From: Balanoglossus misakiensis
Taxonomy: Eukaryota > Animalia > Hemichordata
Assembly (NCBI GenBank): GCA_040954595.2
Contig: CM082579.2
Coordinates: 11,781,834-11,845,833, forward strand
DNA length: 64,000 bases
Direction of reading: 5' to 3'
Shown here: positions 24,101 to 36,913 of the stretch, piece by piece
Numbering within the stretch: the first letter of the stretch is position 1
How the letters are laid out: each line of letters opens with the position of its first letter
Made by a program: the position numbers and the translations under genes
Notes under the pieces: generated by a model
The model's database searches: none
The model's input: only the letters and a program-made list of their open reading frames with translations
Told to the model about the DNA's origin: nothing

Positions 24101-27100
24101 TATACTGAACTTGTGTGTTTATCCTACAATGTAAAATGCCCTGTGAAGGTATATTCTGGGACAGGAGAACTACAATGTGAATTTGGTTCTACCTTCAATG
24201 ATGTAGAACCACTGTATCTTATTCGTCGTTGCTATGGTCAATTTGACCTGCTTCTGTCAAAAGAAAGACTGAATAATAAGTCAGATCTATTTGATGACAA
24301 TCACAGTAATCTACTTAATCCCTGGTTTGTTTCGAATGTTCGCCTATTCAAACCTGAGCTAGTTAAACAATCCATGAGTCAAGTGTACGGAGAACGCATA
24401 TTTCCAGGTGCAAATGCTAGTTTTACCGGTAGTACTGAAGATAAATCTCCTGCACAAAAGAGAAGGAAACTAGTATCTAACATACAGTCTGTCAAAGCAT
24501 TGATTGATGAAAGTCAGCATTTCTTGCCAGATGTTGGTTCATATTCATATCAATATCAATCAAATCATACTCTTGGTGACTTCAAACGTACTGATCATGA
24601 ACAAAAAACACTTGAAAAGCTACAAAAACACACATTTCTATATTGCCTTCAAAGGCATTCTTCACATGCCTTAAAAAATAAATTTCCCCTTCCCAACCTC
24701 AGAAACACGCTTTCCAGCACCCATTCACCAACAACTGAAAAGGCTAAGGTCATTTACCTGGGAGTCCTCAATGAGCCCTGTGATAGGCTGGAAACTGTCA
24801 AACATGTAGTAGAGAAACTATATTCAGTTTTCAATATTGGTAAACGACTGAAACATTTGATCGTTATTGGTGATGGGAAGACATACGATCTCCTTGTTAA
24901 GCTAAAAAGAGAATACAGTGATGAATTACAGTGGTTGATTGTTTTTCCTTGTGACTGGCACCTGTTGAAAAAACATTCAACCAGTTTTATTCAAAGTTTA
25001 TATGGATGCTGGATTGAAAACGATAGCAAAAGAAACTCAAGGAAGAAGGTTTGCTGACATCACTTTTGAAATGCCAGAATTTCAAAAGATCTCACAGATT
25101 CATCTTACATGCTTTGGAAGCTTTCTATAGAATGCAAATTGAAGAGTTTTTTAAATGCAGGGAAGCACTTCCAGATACTTGGGAATGTAAAATTGATTGC
25201 CAGTCAATTATGAAGGAAGTTCTGGAAGCATCATTAAAAATAGACAGCTTGTCCAATAGCAGCAGTTTAGAACAAATTAAACGTATTCAAGAGGATGTCA
25301 GCTGCAAACTTCGTGGCCTTGATCTTGAATTTAAGGATTTTATTGACAAATAAAGTAAGAAAGATGAAACCTTTAAATTCTGGTCCGATTTTATACATAG
25401 GGATTGTTTTGCCTATATCAGTTTATACTTGGCATTCCGTAGTGAAAACTGGAGTTTGCGGGTTGCAGCAATAAAAAAATTTGCACCTCTTTTCCATGCA
25501 TTTGATAGGCAGACATACTTGAGGCTTGTCCCCCAACATTTAAAAGATCTTTTGGAAATGCCAGAGTCTATATTAGGGCATTTAGAGAGTGGTGGATTTA
25601 CAGCCACATTTACTGGCCTTAATTGGAGGCAACTTGCCCTAGATGAAGCCCATGAATCACAAATAAACTTAAATGTGAAAAATTCAGTATTTAAGCCCTC
25701 TCCAGAGCTTCTGGATAATATTGCTGTATACCTTCCATACAGGGCTGCTTGTCAGTCTAACATAATGAATCAAATTCACATTGACCAAAAACATATAAAA
25801 TTCCTACTGTACAAAGGGATGACCAAAAACGTACAAGGGAACTTGATGAGCAGCTCTGCATAAAGTATCTCAATAAAATATCAGAGAGTGGTGTATTTGT
25901 AGTCTCTGATGACCACAACAGAGGTTTGGTCAAACTCTTTTCAGGTGAGATTGCTACTGGTTCAGTGTATGAGGACCTATGTAATTTCTACAAAACAGGA
26001 GAAAATGCATATGAAAATTACATTTCATCCAGGCTGCTCAATATACCCAGTACAGCTGCTCCCGTTAGAAGGAAAAAACTTAGAACATTTACAGGAGTCA
26101 AAGCTGTGAAGAAAAAAATCCGCACAAATGATCAGGATAAAAAATTAGTTGACATATGTCTCAAAAAACAAATTGCTTTCTCTATTAAAACAGGTACACC
26201 AATATCATCTTTCAAACAGTTCATTCCCCTTCCCAGAGCAATTTGTCTTGCAGATGGCTCAGTCTACCACCAATCTACAAAATCAAATGCTACAAAGATA
26301 TTTTCATCAAGATATGACAAAGAATGTATTGTGGTTGACAATTTACCATTAAGTTGGGTGCCCGATTTGGTGGTCTTAGAGGGCATGTTCATAATCAATA
26401 CTGCCCCTATCAGAAGCCATCATAAAACCTTTTATGATTATTTCAATTACCTGACTAAGAGATGGATATTACCTCATTTTAGAAGAAACACCAAAGCTGT
26501 TCATGTATTGTTTGATGATCCCAATGCTCTGTCTGGGGACCAGCCAAGTCCAAAGGAGATAGAAAGAAATTGTAGAGATAGAGATAGAAACAATAAAAGC
26601 AAAACATGGGATAGCTTGAACCTTCAGTCTCAAATACCTAAAGAAAAGTGGATGGAGTTTATCAAGAACCGGGTTAATAAGAGATTACTTATTAATCTTC
26701 TTGGCAATACTCGTCCAGATCTAATAAAATCACATCTTGGTCCTGGAAAAGAGTTTGTAACAGCTGGTAGATTTAATGGAAAGGACAGGGGGAAGGCATT
26801 CTGTATTTCTCATAACTCTGCTTTGATGGAAAATAGGGCATACTTTGGTAACCATGAAGAAACGGATACCCGTATTTGGCTGTACGTCGCCAAATGCAGC
26901 TACAGTAAAATTCTGGTTTATTCACCTGACACAGACGTGTACCACATAGGATTGCCATATTTATCATCAGATGATTTAACTGCCTTTGATGATGACCATT
27001 TTAAGGAAAAAGACATTTTCATTCAGTTAAAACCCCACTCTGGTGATCGTACATTTATTGATCTGAATCAATTCCATAATTCTATTCTAAGAGACCCAGA

Positions 27101-28045
27101 TCTGGTCGATGTTCCTTCAACTGACAGGGCAAAATGCATTCAATCAGTTTATATCACGTCTGGTTGTGACTATATTTCCTTTTTTGTTGGCTATGGGAAA
27201 GCTGCTTTCCTTAATGCTTTCTTCCAACAAGCAACTTTTATCTGTGGAAAAAGTTATGATGGGTGTAATTTGGCTCACACAAGTGATGATTCTAGTCTAC
27301 TTTCTTTCCTTCTTCTGATTGGCACACTCTTCTATAAGAGACACAACTCAAAATTTGTTAAGGAATATTCTGGTCCAGAGGATCTTTTTAAAACTCTGAG
27401 AAATGACAACAAAAACCTCAATGAAAGAGAGTTACACATTTTGTGGATAGAAACAATTAGAAATGGAATAAAGCCTAGAATAAGAAATGAAGAGGAGTGC
27501 ATTCCAAATGCAACAGCGCTTCAGTATCACTGGCTTCGGTCTTGTTTTATTTAAACTATGGAGTCAATCGCATAAATCCATAATTTCACTCCCAAAATAT
27601 TCAGAGCATGGCTTTAAATTGACAGGTAACAATTTGGCAATCCTATGGGACAGTGACGAGAATCTTGCTGCTGTAGAGGCTAATGTCAATCAATTTACAA
27701 AAGGTTGTGCTTGTAAAACAGGTTGTGAAACAAAACGCTGCAGATGTAAAAAAAACTGACAATCTGTGTGGGCCTGGATGTAGTTGTAGAAACTGTTTAA
27801 ATACAAATGCTATCACTTCTGAAGACTCTGTCACTGATAGACACATAACAGAAGCAACAAATGAGTTACTGTTACAAGAAATGATTGTAGATAGTGAAGA
27901 TGATGAGATAGAGATAACTTCAGAACAGGAGGAAGAGTACGATCTGCCTGAAGTACAGGTTGTTGAGTTGGAAGGAAGAGACATGTATGAATGTGTTGAT
28001 GTATTTGACAATGAACTGAATTCCGAGGACAGTGATGTAGAGTAA
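21164..28045 (+). pseudogene. AcademX-type polyprotein: Ubl, Cys-rich fingers, Academ transposase with OTU-like insert, XPG/FEN1-like nuclease, CXC, acidic tail
   Basis: Consecutive same-strand ORFs joined by frameshifts (several in homopolymers) and a stop at 25351. Motifs SLDNID, IGDGKTY, DWHLLKN, ALDEAHE; HEETDTR, YSPDTDV, SGCDY..GYGK; CACKTGC..RCRC..CGPGCSC..C. Confidence 0.85.
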
Positions 28046-28167
28046 GCTCTGCATGAACACATCGTATTGAGTATTGACAACACTGAACAACCCCCCCCCC
28101 CCCAAAAAAAATGATATGTCTCAGGAATTCAACAGATTGGATAACTAGCAAGAAAAAATGAACTTAA

Positions 28168-28786
28168 AGGGGAAATCCGCTGTAGCTGATTTCTACATAA
28201 TTTGGTAGCTTTGATGTCTCTCTTTCAGAAAAAAACATATTCGCCATGTATAGGTCGCGCGATTTTTTACAAAATCTAGGGAAAGTTGGCAGAATTTCCT
28301 ATATGGCGTTTACTGTAATTTGAATCATGGGAAAAAAAGCGCCAGGAGCAACTTCCGCCCACCGTGGTGTGGGTGATACCATTCTCCGATAGGTGTCACT
28401 GGGCTACAGACTAGGCGTATTTTCATAGCTATTGTTTGTTCTTTGCATCAGTTGATAAACAATCATCAGCAAAGTCAAAAATTTGTCATCTATTGACAGT
28501 TTTCATGAGCTATAACCCATGAAAAATATGCATATACGCTTAGCTTGTGACACAGTGACACCAATTGGAAAATGGTATCACCCACACCAAGGTGGGCGGA
28601 AGTTGGTCCTGGCGCTTTTTTTCCCATGATTCAAATTACAGTAAACGCCATATTGGAAATTCTGCCAACTTTCCCTAGATTTTGTAAAAAATAGCGCGAC
28701 CTATACATGGTGAATATGTTTTTTTCTGAAAGAGAGACATCAAAGCTACCAAATTATGTAGAAATCAGCTACAGCGGATTTCCCCT
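28168..28786. mobile_element. Kolobok-like foldback MITE
   Basis: TTAA TSD at 28164-28167 and 28787-28790; AGGGG termini; ~250-bp TIRs. Confidence 0.88.
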
Positions 28787-29450
28787 TTAAATATGACTGG
28801 AACATTTTAATCTCCATTTATTCACAAGAAGAAATGTTCCATAACAGTTTGAATCAACGGAGGAAGAACGATCAGAGCTACGCTACCTACCCCCCCCCCC
28901 CCTTATACTTACAGCTGTGCATACGTTTCCACAGCTACACTGTGTACACACTTGATAGCGGTGTGACATGCCTCCATACATTTTGGGACGAACTCCGGTG
29001 CAATGAAGCTAGGGACTTCAAACTTGGCACACGCATTTCTTACATATATGTGCCACGACCTGTGAAGTTTCATTCGTGTTCAAAACCTGTAAGGCCATTT
29101 TCGCGCTCCCTTACTTAGTCTTTACATGAAAACACCCGTTTTTTGGAACATCAAGTCAGACTGAACAAGTTCCAAATCCTTTTATCTGAAATTTATTCAA
29201 GCTGCAAACAACTTTCATTGCAACAAATAACTATCTAGGAAAACAATTACCTACAAATTTGAGATTCCAAAGTCGCAGAGAGCCTGTTTCAAGCCCGTAT
29301 TTCGAACACGGCGTATCCAGTCTGGAAGGGCTCCCGCCATACTTGTTTTGAAGGAGAATACTTCCGTTTCGAGATCCGGAACGAGATTCTCGAACAGGGC
29401 GCGATTAAAGCTCAAAACGAGGCTGAGGGTGACCAACGCAATGCTACGAC

Positions 29451-29842
29451 TAGTCTGGTCCCCTGCCCCATCCCCGCCGCTGGCTGCGCTGCTCAAGGGA
29501 AGGGTCAGGTATGGGCCGCCATTTTGGTCAGGATCCTGACCAAAATGACGGACTGTCACATCACTTCAACTGTTCAGTGACGTCACATGATACACCAAAA
29601 TGGCTGCGACCATGAAAACAACACCAGTAAAGATCAACGCAAGTACATGTGTTGCTTGTGGGGAAGGTGAGCAGCGGTTAAAGAAAATTTACGGCAACAA
29701 TCGACTACAACTGTAGTCATTGTTTGTCGTCTGAAAACTTTATTGACCAATCAGCACGCTCGATATTAATGTCCAATCACAGCTGACCCCTTTCGTGAGT
29801 GTAGCGCCAGCAGCGGGAGAAAGGGGGCAGGGTACCAGACTA
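29451..29842. mobile_element. 392-bp MITE with TAG termini and 9-bp TSD (AcademH-type deletion derivative)
   Basis: TIR tagtctggtcccctgcccc / ggggcagggtaccagacta; TSD tgctacgac at 29442-29450 and 29843-29851. Retains an ATG..TCVACG start. Confidence 0.88.
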
Positions 29843-30483
29843 TGCTACGACAGGCTGTTCGCTGAGTGACAGTGAAAGCAGCGTGGACATCAGTTACCGA
29901 ACGCGTACTCTCAGTCTGTGTGCACAGTACATGCTGAATCACAGGTAAGAAACTCAATTTTTCGAAACTTAACTATTTCATGGTGAGGATAATTCCGAGG
30001 AGCCTGTCAAAACATGTTTCGTTTCGATTTTTTTCGGAATCTGTCGCCGGCTTTAGTGTAGCCCGCGCCCGGCCCACGATCGACCGTCCGTGGGTACGGG
30101 TGGAGGTGATCATTGTTAGCCGTACGACTACGTACGTCGCCGTCAGACGTTAAATGTTGTGTTGTGATTGAGTAACGGAGGTTGCATGATTTCAAGAGCC
30201 TTGCATATATGACGATTGGAAATTTTCATTTAGTCGTAGCGTAGTTAGTAGACAGACTGTTGCTTTGCAGCCATGGCAACTGTCCCGGAAGTTGTTGGGT
30301 TTTGCGTGACCTTGCAGACTTTTTACAATAGCCCGTTTCGCGGATACCGCCATCTTTAGAGCGCGTGGTGCATTGTGGGATTGTTTGGGGGCATTGGGGG
30401 CACTGTCGTGTTGCCCCGCAACATACAACAAACAGTGCAGAGTACCGTTTGTTATTGTGCGAACGATTGCTGGCCGCGCAGCG

Positions 30484-30861
30484 CGGGGTAATTTTTGTTT
30501 CCAAATAACAGGTTCAGTTAATTATAATAGTGGCAAATATGGGTGGAGGAGATCGGTGTGCTGTTTTTAATTGCAGTAATGATAGAAGATACCCAAACAA
30601 GTAAGTGTTTGTAATACTTTTTTGTAAAAGTCAAAAGTAAACGGTACTACTACAACACGTACGTTACACACTCGGGGTAATTTTTGTTTCCAAATAACAG
30701 GTTCAGTTAATTATAATAGTGGCAAATATGGGTGGAGGAGATCGGTGTGCTGTTTCTAATTGCAGTAATGATAGAAGATACCCAAACAAGTAAGTGTTTG
30801 TAATACTTTTTTGTAAAAGTCAAAAGTAAACGGTACTACTACAACACGTTCGTTACACACT
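30484..30861. repeat. 189-bp tandem duplication containing THAP exon 1
   Basis: cggggtaatttttgtttcc at 30484 and 30673. Each copy holds ATG GGT GGA GGA GAT CGG TGT (MGGGDRCAV) followed by a gtaag donor. Confidence 0.9.
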
Positions 30862-33524
30862 CAACATACATGTAAGAACTCGGCAGCGCGGTGAGTTTTT
30901 TTCCCCCATTTTTCTCAAATTTTGCACAAAATACCATTTGAATTATCTCTCTGTTGTTCATTTGGGCAAATATTGTTGATTTTTTTACTTTGCAGTGAAA
31001 AAAAGTGCAGACAGCAGACGAAACTCTAATTTGAAAAGCGCCCTCAACCCTAACCGTACTTACTGCTGCTGTTGTTACATTAGGATTTTTGCACTGTTGA
31101 TACTGGTTAAACACACAAAAATGTAAAAATCTTTACGGCCCTGATACGGGTTTTGCGGCCCGAGGTCGTACGGCGGAAGCGCCCGACCGCAGGGAGGGCA
31201 AGGAATCGCCGTACGACCGAGGTGCCGTAAAGGTTTTATCATATGCCTTTTTGAACGATAATCTACAAGAAACTAATAAAATACACATTGTGTAATATTT
31301 TGGAATGTAAATATTACGTGTTTATCTATCGTTTTGAAATGATCATTCGCGTAGCATAGAGCCGTATTCCTCCAGTTCTTGCGGATTGATATGCACGATG
31401 TCATTTGTTTACATTCTATTGCACGTGAGATATAGACGCGCTCGAACTCACCCGGCCGAGCGCGAGCAAAACATTATTGTTTCTTCGCGACGATCGACGC
31501 CGGCAGTCACATCAAATCATCAATTTTACTATTCATATTTCCAAATAAAGCTCTACAACATGCAGCGATTATGGAAGAGGATGTGATTCGGTAGCGGCAT
31601 AGGACGTACACACACTGCAAATGCACTAGTCACTGACACCGCACCAGAAAAATTTAATTCCGAACGTAGCAACGACAACTTTCGAATCTCGCGCAATAAA
31701 CACAAAACTAGATCCGGATATTGAACGCGTCTTCCATATATGGTCACCGGGCCGGGGCGTGATAAGCAAAAAAACTGCACGGATGTGAGGGCGCTTTTCC
31801 CCATAGACTTTACATAGGCACGTGAATATAGGCATATGATAATAGTTATTAAAGAGTTGTCTTGAAACATAAGGAGGCCTTTATTTCAGCCTTCTTTTTG
31901 TATTTATTTTAAGATACTTGCAGCAGTGTTAGGGGTTCCTTCAAATTGGCTACAGATGCATTATTCATACTTTTTAAGTGATAGTGAACTGATAATCAAT
32001 GTAATTTTTTATTTACAAAATTGTGAAGAAGGATCATGTCACTGAGCTCAAGTGGCATTCCTGCCCTCCAATATATCGCTCCTTGTGGCTCCGACTGATC
32101 CATAGAAAAGATTTGCTGCATATCACGGATAACACCCGTATATGCAGCAATCAAAAAGTCCTTGGCAAACCTATGGGTGAGCACCCCCATCCAACACTCT
32201 ATATGAGAGGCTATGAAGGAAAGTGTAGTCAGAATGTCAAGATCCAACCAGTTCTCCAGCAATGGTCTCTGAATACAAACCCATCCAGTTACATGACAAC
32301 AAGACGAGGCACAGTTAAAAAGAAAAATAAGGATGATGGATCAGAACCAACAGAAAAAACACCAAGAAAAGACAACCTTCCAGCCAGAGACCACAATTAC
32401 TGTGTCACTGAAGATTTTACCTGCGTTAACAATGACGTATGTACATGTACCAAATGTAAAGTATGTGAAAGGGAAATAATGAAATTAAAACAAGAGAACG
32501 AAGATCTGCGTAAAGAAATAGAAAAATTAACAAAATCTGAAGATAATTTGAAAACATCTAAAAGTGTCTCAAAAATAAGATATGATATTGATCAAATAAA
32601 AGATTCAGATTCGTTAATTCACCTGCATACTGGTCTACAAAATTTTGGTATTTTCATGTGGATTTTTAATTTAGTTAGGTTAAAACTACCACATATGCAG
32701 TATTGTAAGGGTTCCCAATCTGACAGTTTAATTAAAGGGTTACCAACTGAACAAACGTATGAAGCCAGGACCCTTCTGTCTTTTCAAAATGAATTGCTGA
32801 TGACGCTCATGAAATTGAGACTGAATTTAACAGAGAGTTATATGGCCTATCTGTTTGGTACATGTACTAGTCTTGTTTCGCAGGTACTGTCAACTTGGGT
32901 CCACTGCTGGATCTTGAGCTGAAACCGTTGATTAAATGGCCTGGGCAAGAAGACCTACACCTATACTACCCAGAGTGTTTCAAAAAGTACAGGAATGTAA
33001 GAGCCATCATAGACTGTACTGAGGTCCCAATCCAACGACCATCGCTGGCAAAGGCAAACAGCCAGATCTATTCATCGTACAAAGGCCGGCCAACTGCCAA
33101 AATACTGGTGGCATGTACTCCAGCAGGTAGTGTGTCATTTGTCTCAAAAGCAGCAGGTGGTTCCATGAGTGACAAAGAGCTGGTAAAACAGTCTGGACTT
33201 GCTGACCTTTTTGATCCCGGTGACACAGTCCTTGCAGGCAGGGGATTTAACATCCAGGAACTCCTCTTATACAAACATGTGCGGCTTGTAATTCCACCAT
33301 ACCTAAGAGGCAAGAAACAGCTTACAACATCTGAAGACAAGCAGACTAAACAAGTGGCCAATGCAAGGATACATGTGGAGAGGGTCATTGGGCGTATGAA
33401 GGACTTTCATATCATGAGTGCGGAACTCTCATTAGATATGTTTGATTTATTCGATCATATTGTGGGAGTAGTGGCAGCTCTTATAAACCTGCAACCACCA
33501 ATTGTGCCTCTCAACAGCAAGTAG
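30539..33524 (+). pseudogene. THAP-HTH-DDE transposase (ISL2EU/Harbinger family); exon 1 at ~30539-30600, main exon ~32023-33524
   Basis: THAP motifs CAVFNC..W..RICS; HTH LMKLRLNL; IIDCTE, LAGRGF (catalytic D replaced by G), RIHVERVIG; frameshift near 32900. Confidence 0.82.
31128..31842 (-). mobile_element. Non-coding repeat copy 2 (inverse of 10019-10759), in the THAP gene intron
   Basis: High identity to 10019-10759 on the opposite strand; one hairpin arm is partly deleted. Confidence 0.75.
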
Positions 33525-33765
33525 AAGCAGCAGATCCAGACCAAGCCAAGGACCAATGGAGGTGGTAGACACCTCCATACCCAAACCAAACAGCCCTTTT
33601 CAGGGCTACACCCAAACCAAATGGCCCTTTTCAGGGCCACCACATCCTCCAAAAAGAGTTTGCCATAATAAAATATCCAAGAAACATAAGCACAAACACA
33701 TAACTAACATGTATACACACACTATTTATTATCAAACATTTTAGAAAAGTTTGTACAAGGGATAA

Positions 33766-35104
33766 TTATGCACACATATCACACTTCCATTTCATATTTT
33801 TTCTTTTCAAGAATATCTCTGTACCTTTGACATTTACACATACCCAATGATACCAACTGAAACAGAAATCACAGAAAATACTCATCTCAGAAAATATCTC
33901 TGGATCATCTACACATACTTTTGAACATACCTTACAAATACATTCCACACTTGATGACGAGCTTGTATTTCCACCAAGCCCATTTTTACATGTGTGTTCA
34001 AAATTAAATTCTACTGTTTCAATTTGTTTCTTAACATTACCATGAATAAGTTCAGGCATTATTATAGATTTAAATACAATCAAACATTTTGAAAATACTT
34101 CTTCCATAAAGATGGGATCAAAACATACTTCTTCGAAATGCAAATTGTTGAAAGGGCTTGCTGTTCTCAATGCAAAATAACCAACCTCAGCTTCCATGGA
34201 AAGAAGTTGCCCCTGTACTTGAAAGAAATATGGATGACTGGCTTTCAGTTTTATTTGACCGGAAGGGGTTATATGTAAACAAGAATCTGTGAGCTCAGCA
34301 TATTTAGGGATGGACAGATGTCTCATTTTATATGGGTTCTTAACTTCAAGTGGACGAACCTCACAACAATTACAACTAACAAGTGCATCTGGGGAGGCAG
34401 CAATTATGGGACACTTGGCATACAACATCAGGCCACACTTCTTTACAATCATTTTCTTATGCTATCTCTTATTAATATTGGAAAATTGTTGGATAGCAAG
34501 ACTTTCATTGTCTCTTCCCCACTGAATGGCTGGTGAACAAAAAGGAAGGTTATAATTCATGACAGATTTTAAAAAAGAAACATTCCTGTCACTTACAGTT
34601 CCATCAAATGAAACCTTACGAGAAACATCAAATAGTTTAGTGGCTGTTATGCGACCCACACGATATTTGTACCACAAATCAGAATCAGATTGATCTATGG
34701 TTGCATCACTAACTGACTGTACAACGATACTGTCAACAGGTTTAGTTGCTATATCAAAGAAATCCTGTGAACTCAACTGTTCCGCAAGTTCTGTCAAAGA
34801 AGGGGGCAAAACATGCTCTTTTGTTACAGAAGTCTCTTCCTGAGTGATGATAACTTCTTCTGCAACAGAACAGTCTGATAAATCTGGTTGTTGATGATTG
34901 GGATCTGCAGCATTAATATATAACAAAATATTCCAGCATTTCCACCAGTGACATCTCTGAGACTGTCAAGATCGAAGTCTTCAACTTTAACTTGTTGTCG
35001 ATCTTCCACAGCCCGAGGATCATACCGGAAGCGTTTTGACTTTGAGACACGCTCCTCCACAACACAGTTACCTGCATGTATACCAAAGACAATTGGTTAC
35101 TCAA
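33766..35104 (-). pseudogene. YqaJ/lambda-exonuclease-like protein with C-terminal PHD finger
   Basis: GRITAT, WGRDNE, ASPDAL, LEVKNPY, YFFQVQGQL; PHD CKVC..CDFC..WYHWVC..CDMC; two frameshifts. Confidence 0.85.
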
Positions 35105-35333
35105 AAGTATTCGTTATTAAAATAACTTTACGGAGTATGATTCACCATGCAAACAAAATACCCCCAAAATTATCATCATTCATTTCTGTATTGTAAATGC
35201 CGCGCGCTACACGTACTGTTTCTGTTTGACAACAAAGCTACGGCGAATCGGTGGAAATAGTTCCGGTTGATGACGTAACACAGGGGTGATCTGGATTTTT
35301 GATCTGTCCTGGTCTACGTCACACAGGTGGTGA

Positions 35334-36190
35334 TCAGGGCCAGTTCATGTGATAATGTTCCAAAGTGTTCACTACACACAGGCGTCTATCCTCGCACCGA
35401 ACATATTTGTCCGCACCCCTGAGAGTCTTACCAAATGTTTGATTGAAAATCAAGCCTGAATTGTTCGGGAAACGCAGAATTTCTTGCGTTTTGACCTGAC
35501 CAAGGTCTCCTGCACGATCCCCGGAGAAATACAATAACTTCAGAAAGGTAATATCCCGGGCGTATATATATGCATGGATCGCTGATGGAGAGGCAACAAT
35601 TAGATCCATAATAAGATCGAATACCATGAGTAACTTAGGCAAGAATAATGGTTTGGCTTGTTTGACTGTAACATGCGCCTTAGCCTGCTCCTCTGATATA
35701 ATTTTGATATATCGGTGCACCATAAGTGCTGTGGTTGGATGTGTTATGTTTCCTGTGTCAGATTTGATTGCCTGAAAATATGCGGACAACTTCGATACTA
35801 TATTCTTTACTGTCCCTTATCTCAGCCGTCTTGGACACTCACAAGGCATGTGACCAGTCCGCCCTAAATACACGCAGTGGATTTGGTGAACCTGAGTCTT
35901 AGCGCTCTTGTCCTTGAAAACCAGAAACCACACCACATCTTCCGGGTTTGCAAAACAACCGGCTTTGGCGAAGGTAACCTTGACAGAAAGGCTTCAAATT
36001 CCTGTATCAACCTGTCTTTTTGTTTTTCATATGCAGACCTCTCTGCAAGTAGCCCATTTATTCTCTGATCAATAGCTGTGATATCTATTGGGGTATCCTT
36101 GGTTACACGAGGTGGATTTATTAGTTTGGAGGTACATAACCGACACGCCTGCAATGGGCCTTGGTTCAAAGCGCCACAAATCCAGCACAC
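35334..36190 (-). pseudogene. Zn ribbon, ALOG-like domain and tyrosine recombinase N-terminal half
   Basis: Reading across a frameshift gives FLVFKDKSAKTQVHQIHC..G..PCECPRRLR*GTV..LSAYF, then KQAKPLF..RD..FSGDRAGDL..FGKTLRG. Confidence 0.8.
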
Positions 36191-36385
36191 CTGTCAATCA
36201 AATAAGAAGCGCTTTTCAGCCGGACAATATACATTCATATGACGAAGACGGTAAGTTTTATAGTGATTTCTGACAATAAACAGGGTTTATTAATAATTAT
36301 TACATAATTTGTACATTCAGATCATTCATACAAATCTTCACTGCATGAGTTCTAATAACTCCAATTAAATGTAATGGCATACAAA

Positions 36386-36910
36386 TCACAAGGTAGAGGA
36401 TAATCTATACCCGTTTCTAGAAGGGGCCTGAATGATACCCATATCACCCTTGGCTCCAATGCTGACTATATCATGTGCTACCTGCCTTACCATCGGCCAG
36501 TACGACTTCAGAAAGCGCCCTCTAGGAGCAATGACAGTAGCTTTATACCCGTGTTCAAAGATATGCTTAATCACTGCAGGAACTAATGCAAAAGGTGGAT
36601 AGACGTACATCTTATCAGCTTCACTGAAACTATGCTGGAAGAAATTGACACGGCCGTTTTTCATATGATCTTGGAAAGCATGTAACCCCCTATATATGGC
36701 CTCAGCCTCTTTCCGGATTATTGGCACATTACTCCATTCCTGTTCCCACATGGACCCCACAGCAACCTTCTCCTTGCCCAAGTGAGCTACAGCACCCTAT
36801 TTGAAATTGCTAGAATCAGTGTAAATTCTTATGGCTGTGTGACTCTCTGTTGGCCAAGCAAAATCCCCTGCTAGTTGGATTATTGTTTCCCACTGTTCAA
36901 ATTCATGTCT
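36386..36910 (-). pseudogene. DIRS RNase H and methyltransferase remnant
   Basis: IYTDSSNFK*GAV, KEAEAIY, MYVYPPFALVPAVI..VIAP. Confidence 0.7.
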
Positions 36911-36913
36911 AAG

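Larger units (their letters stand above)
30330..35260. mobile_element. ISL2EU-type (PIF/Harbinger-related) transposon, boundaries approximate
   Basis: Convergent THAP-HTH-DDE transposase and YqaJ-PHD genes, the gene pair characteristic of ISL2EU. Matching TIRs not found. Confidence 0.7.

Noticed and set aside
9559-29120. TIR boundaries for the AcademX element
   Set aside because: I could not find matching inverted ends for either candidate terminus (cagtctgaaatt at 9559, ..cgcgctcccttact at ~29115), so only the coding region is reported.
10019-31842. The ~730-bp inverted repeats as TIRs of one giant 21.8-kb transposon
   Set aside because: No TSD, and the right copy lies inside an intron of an unrelated ISL2EU gene. 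Two independent insertions of one repeat family explain it better.
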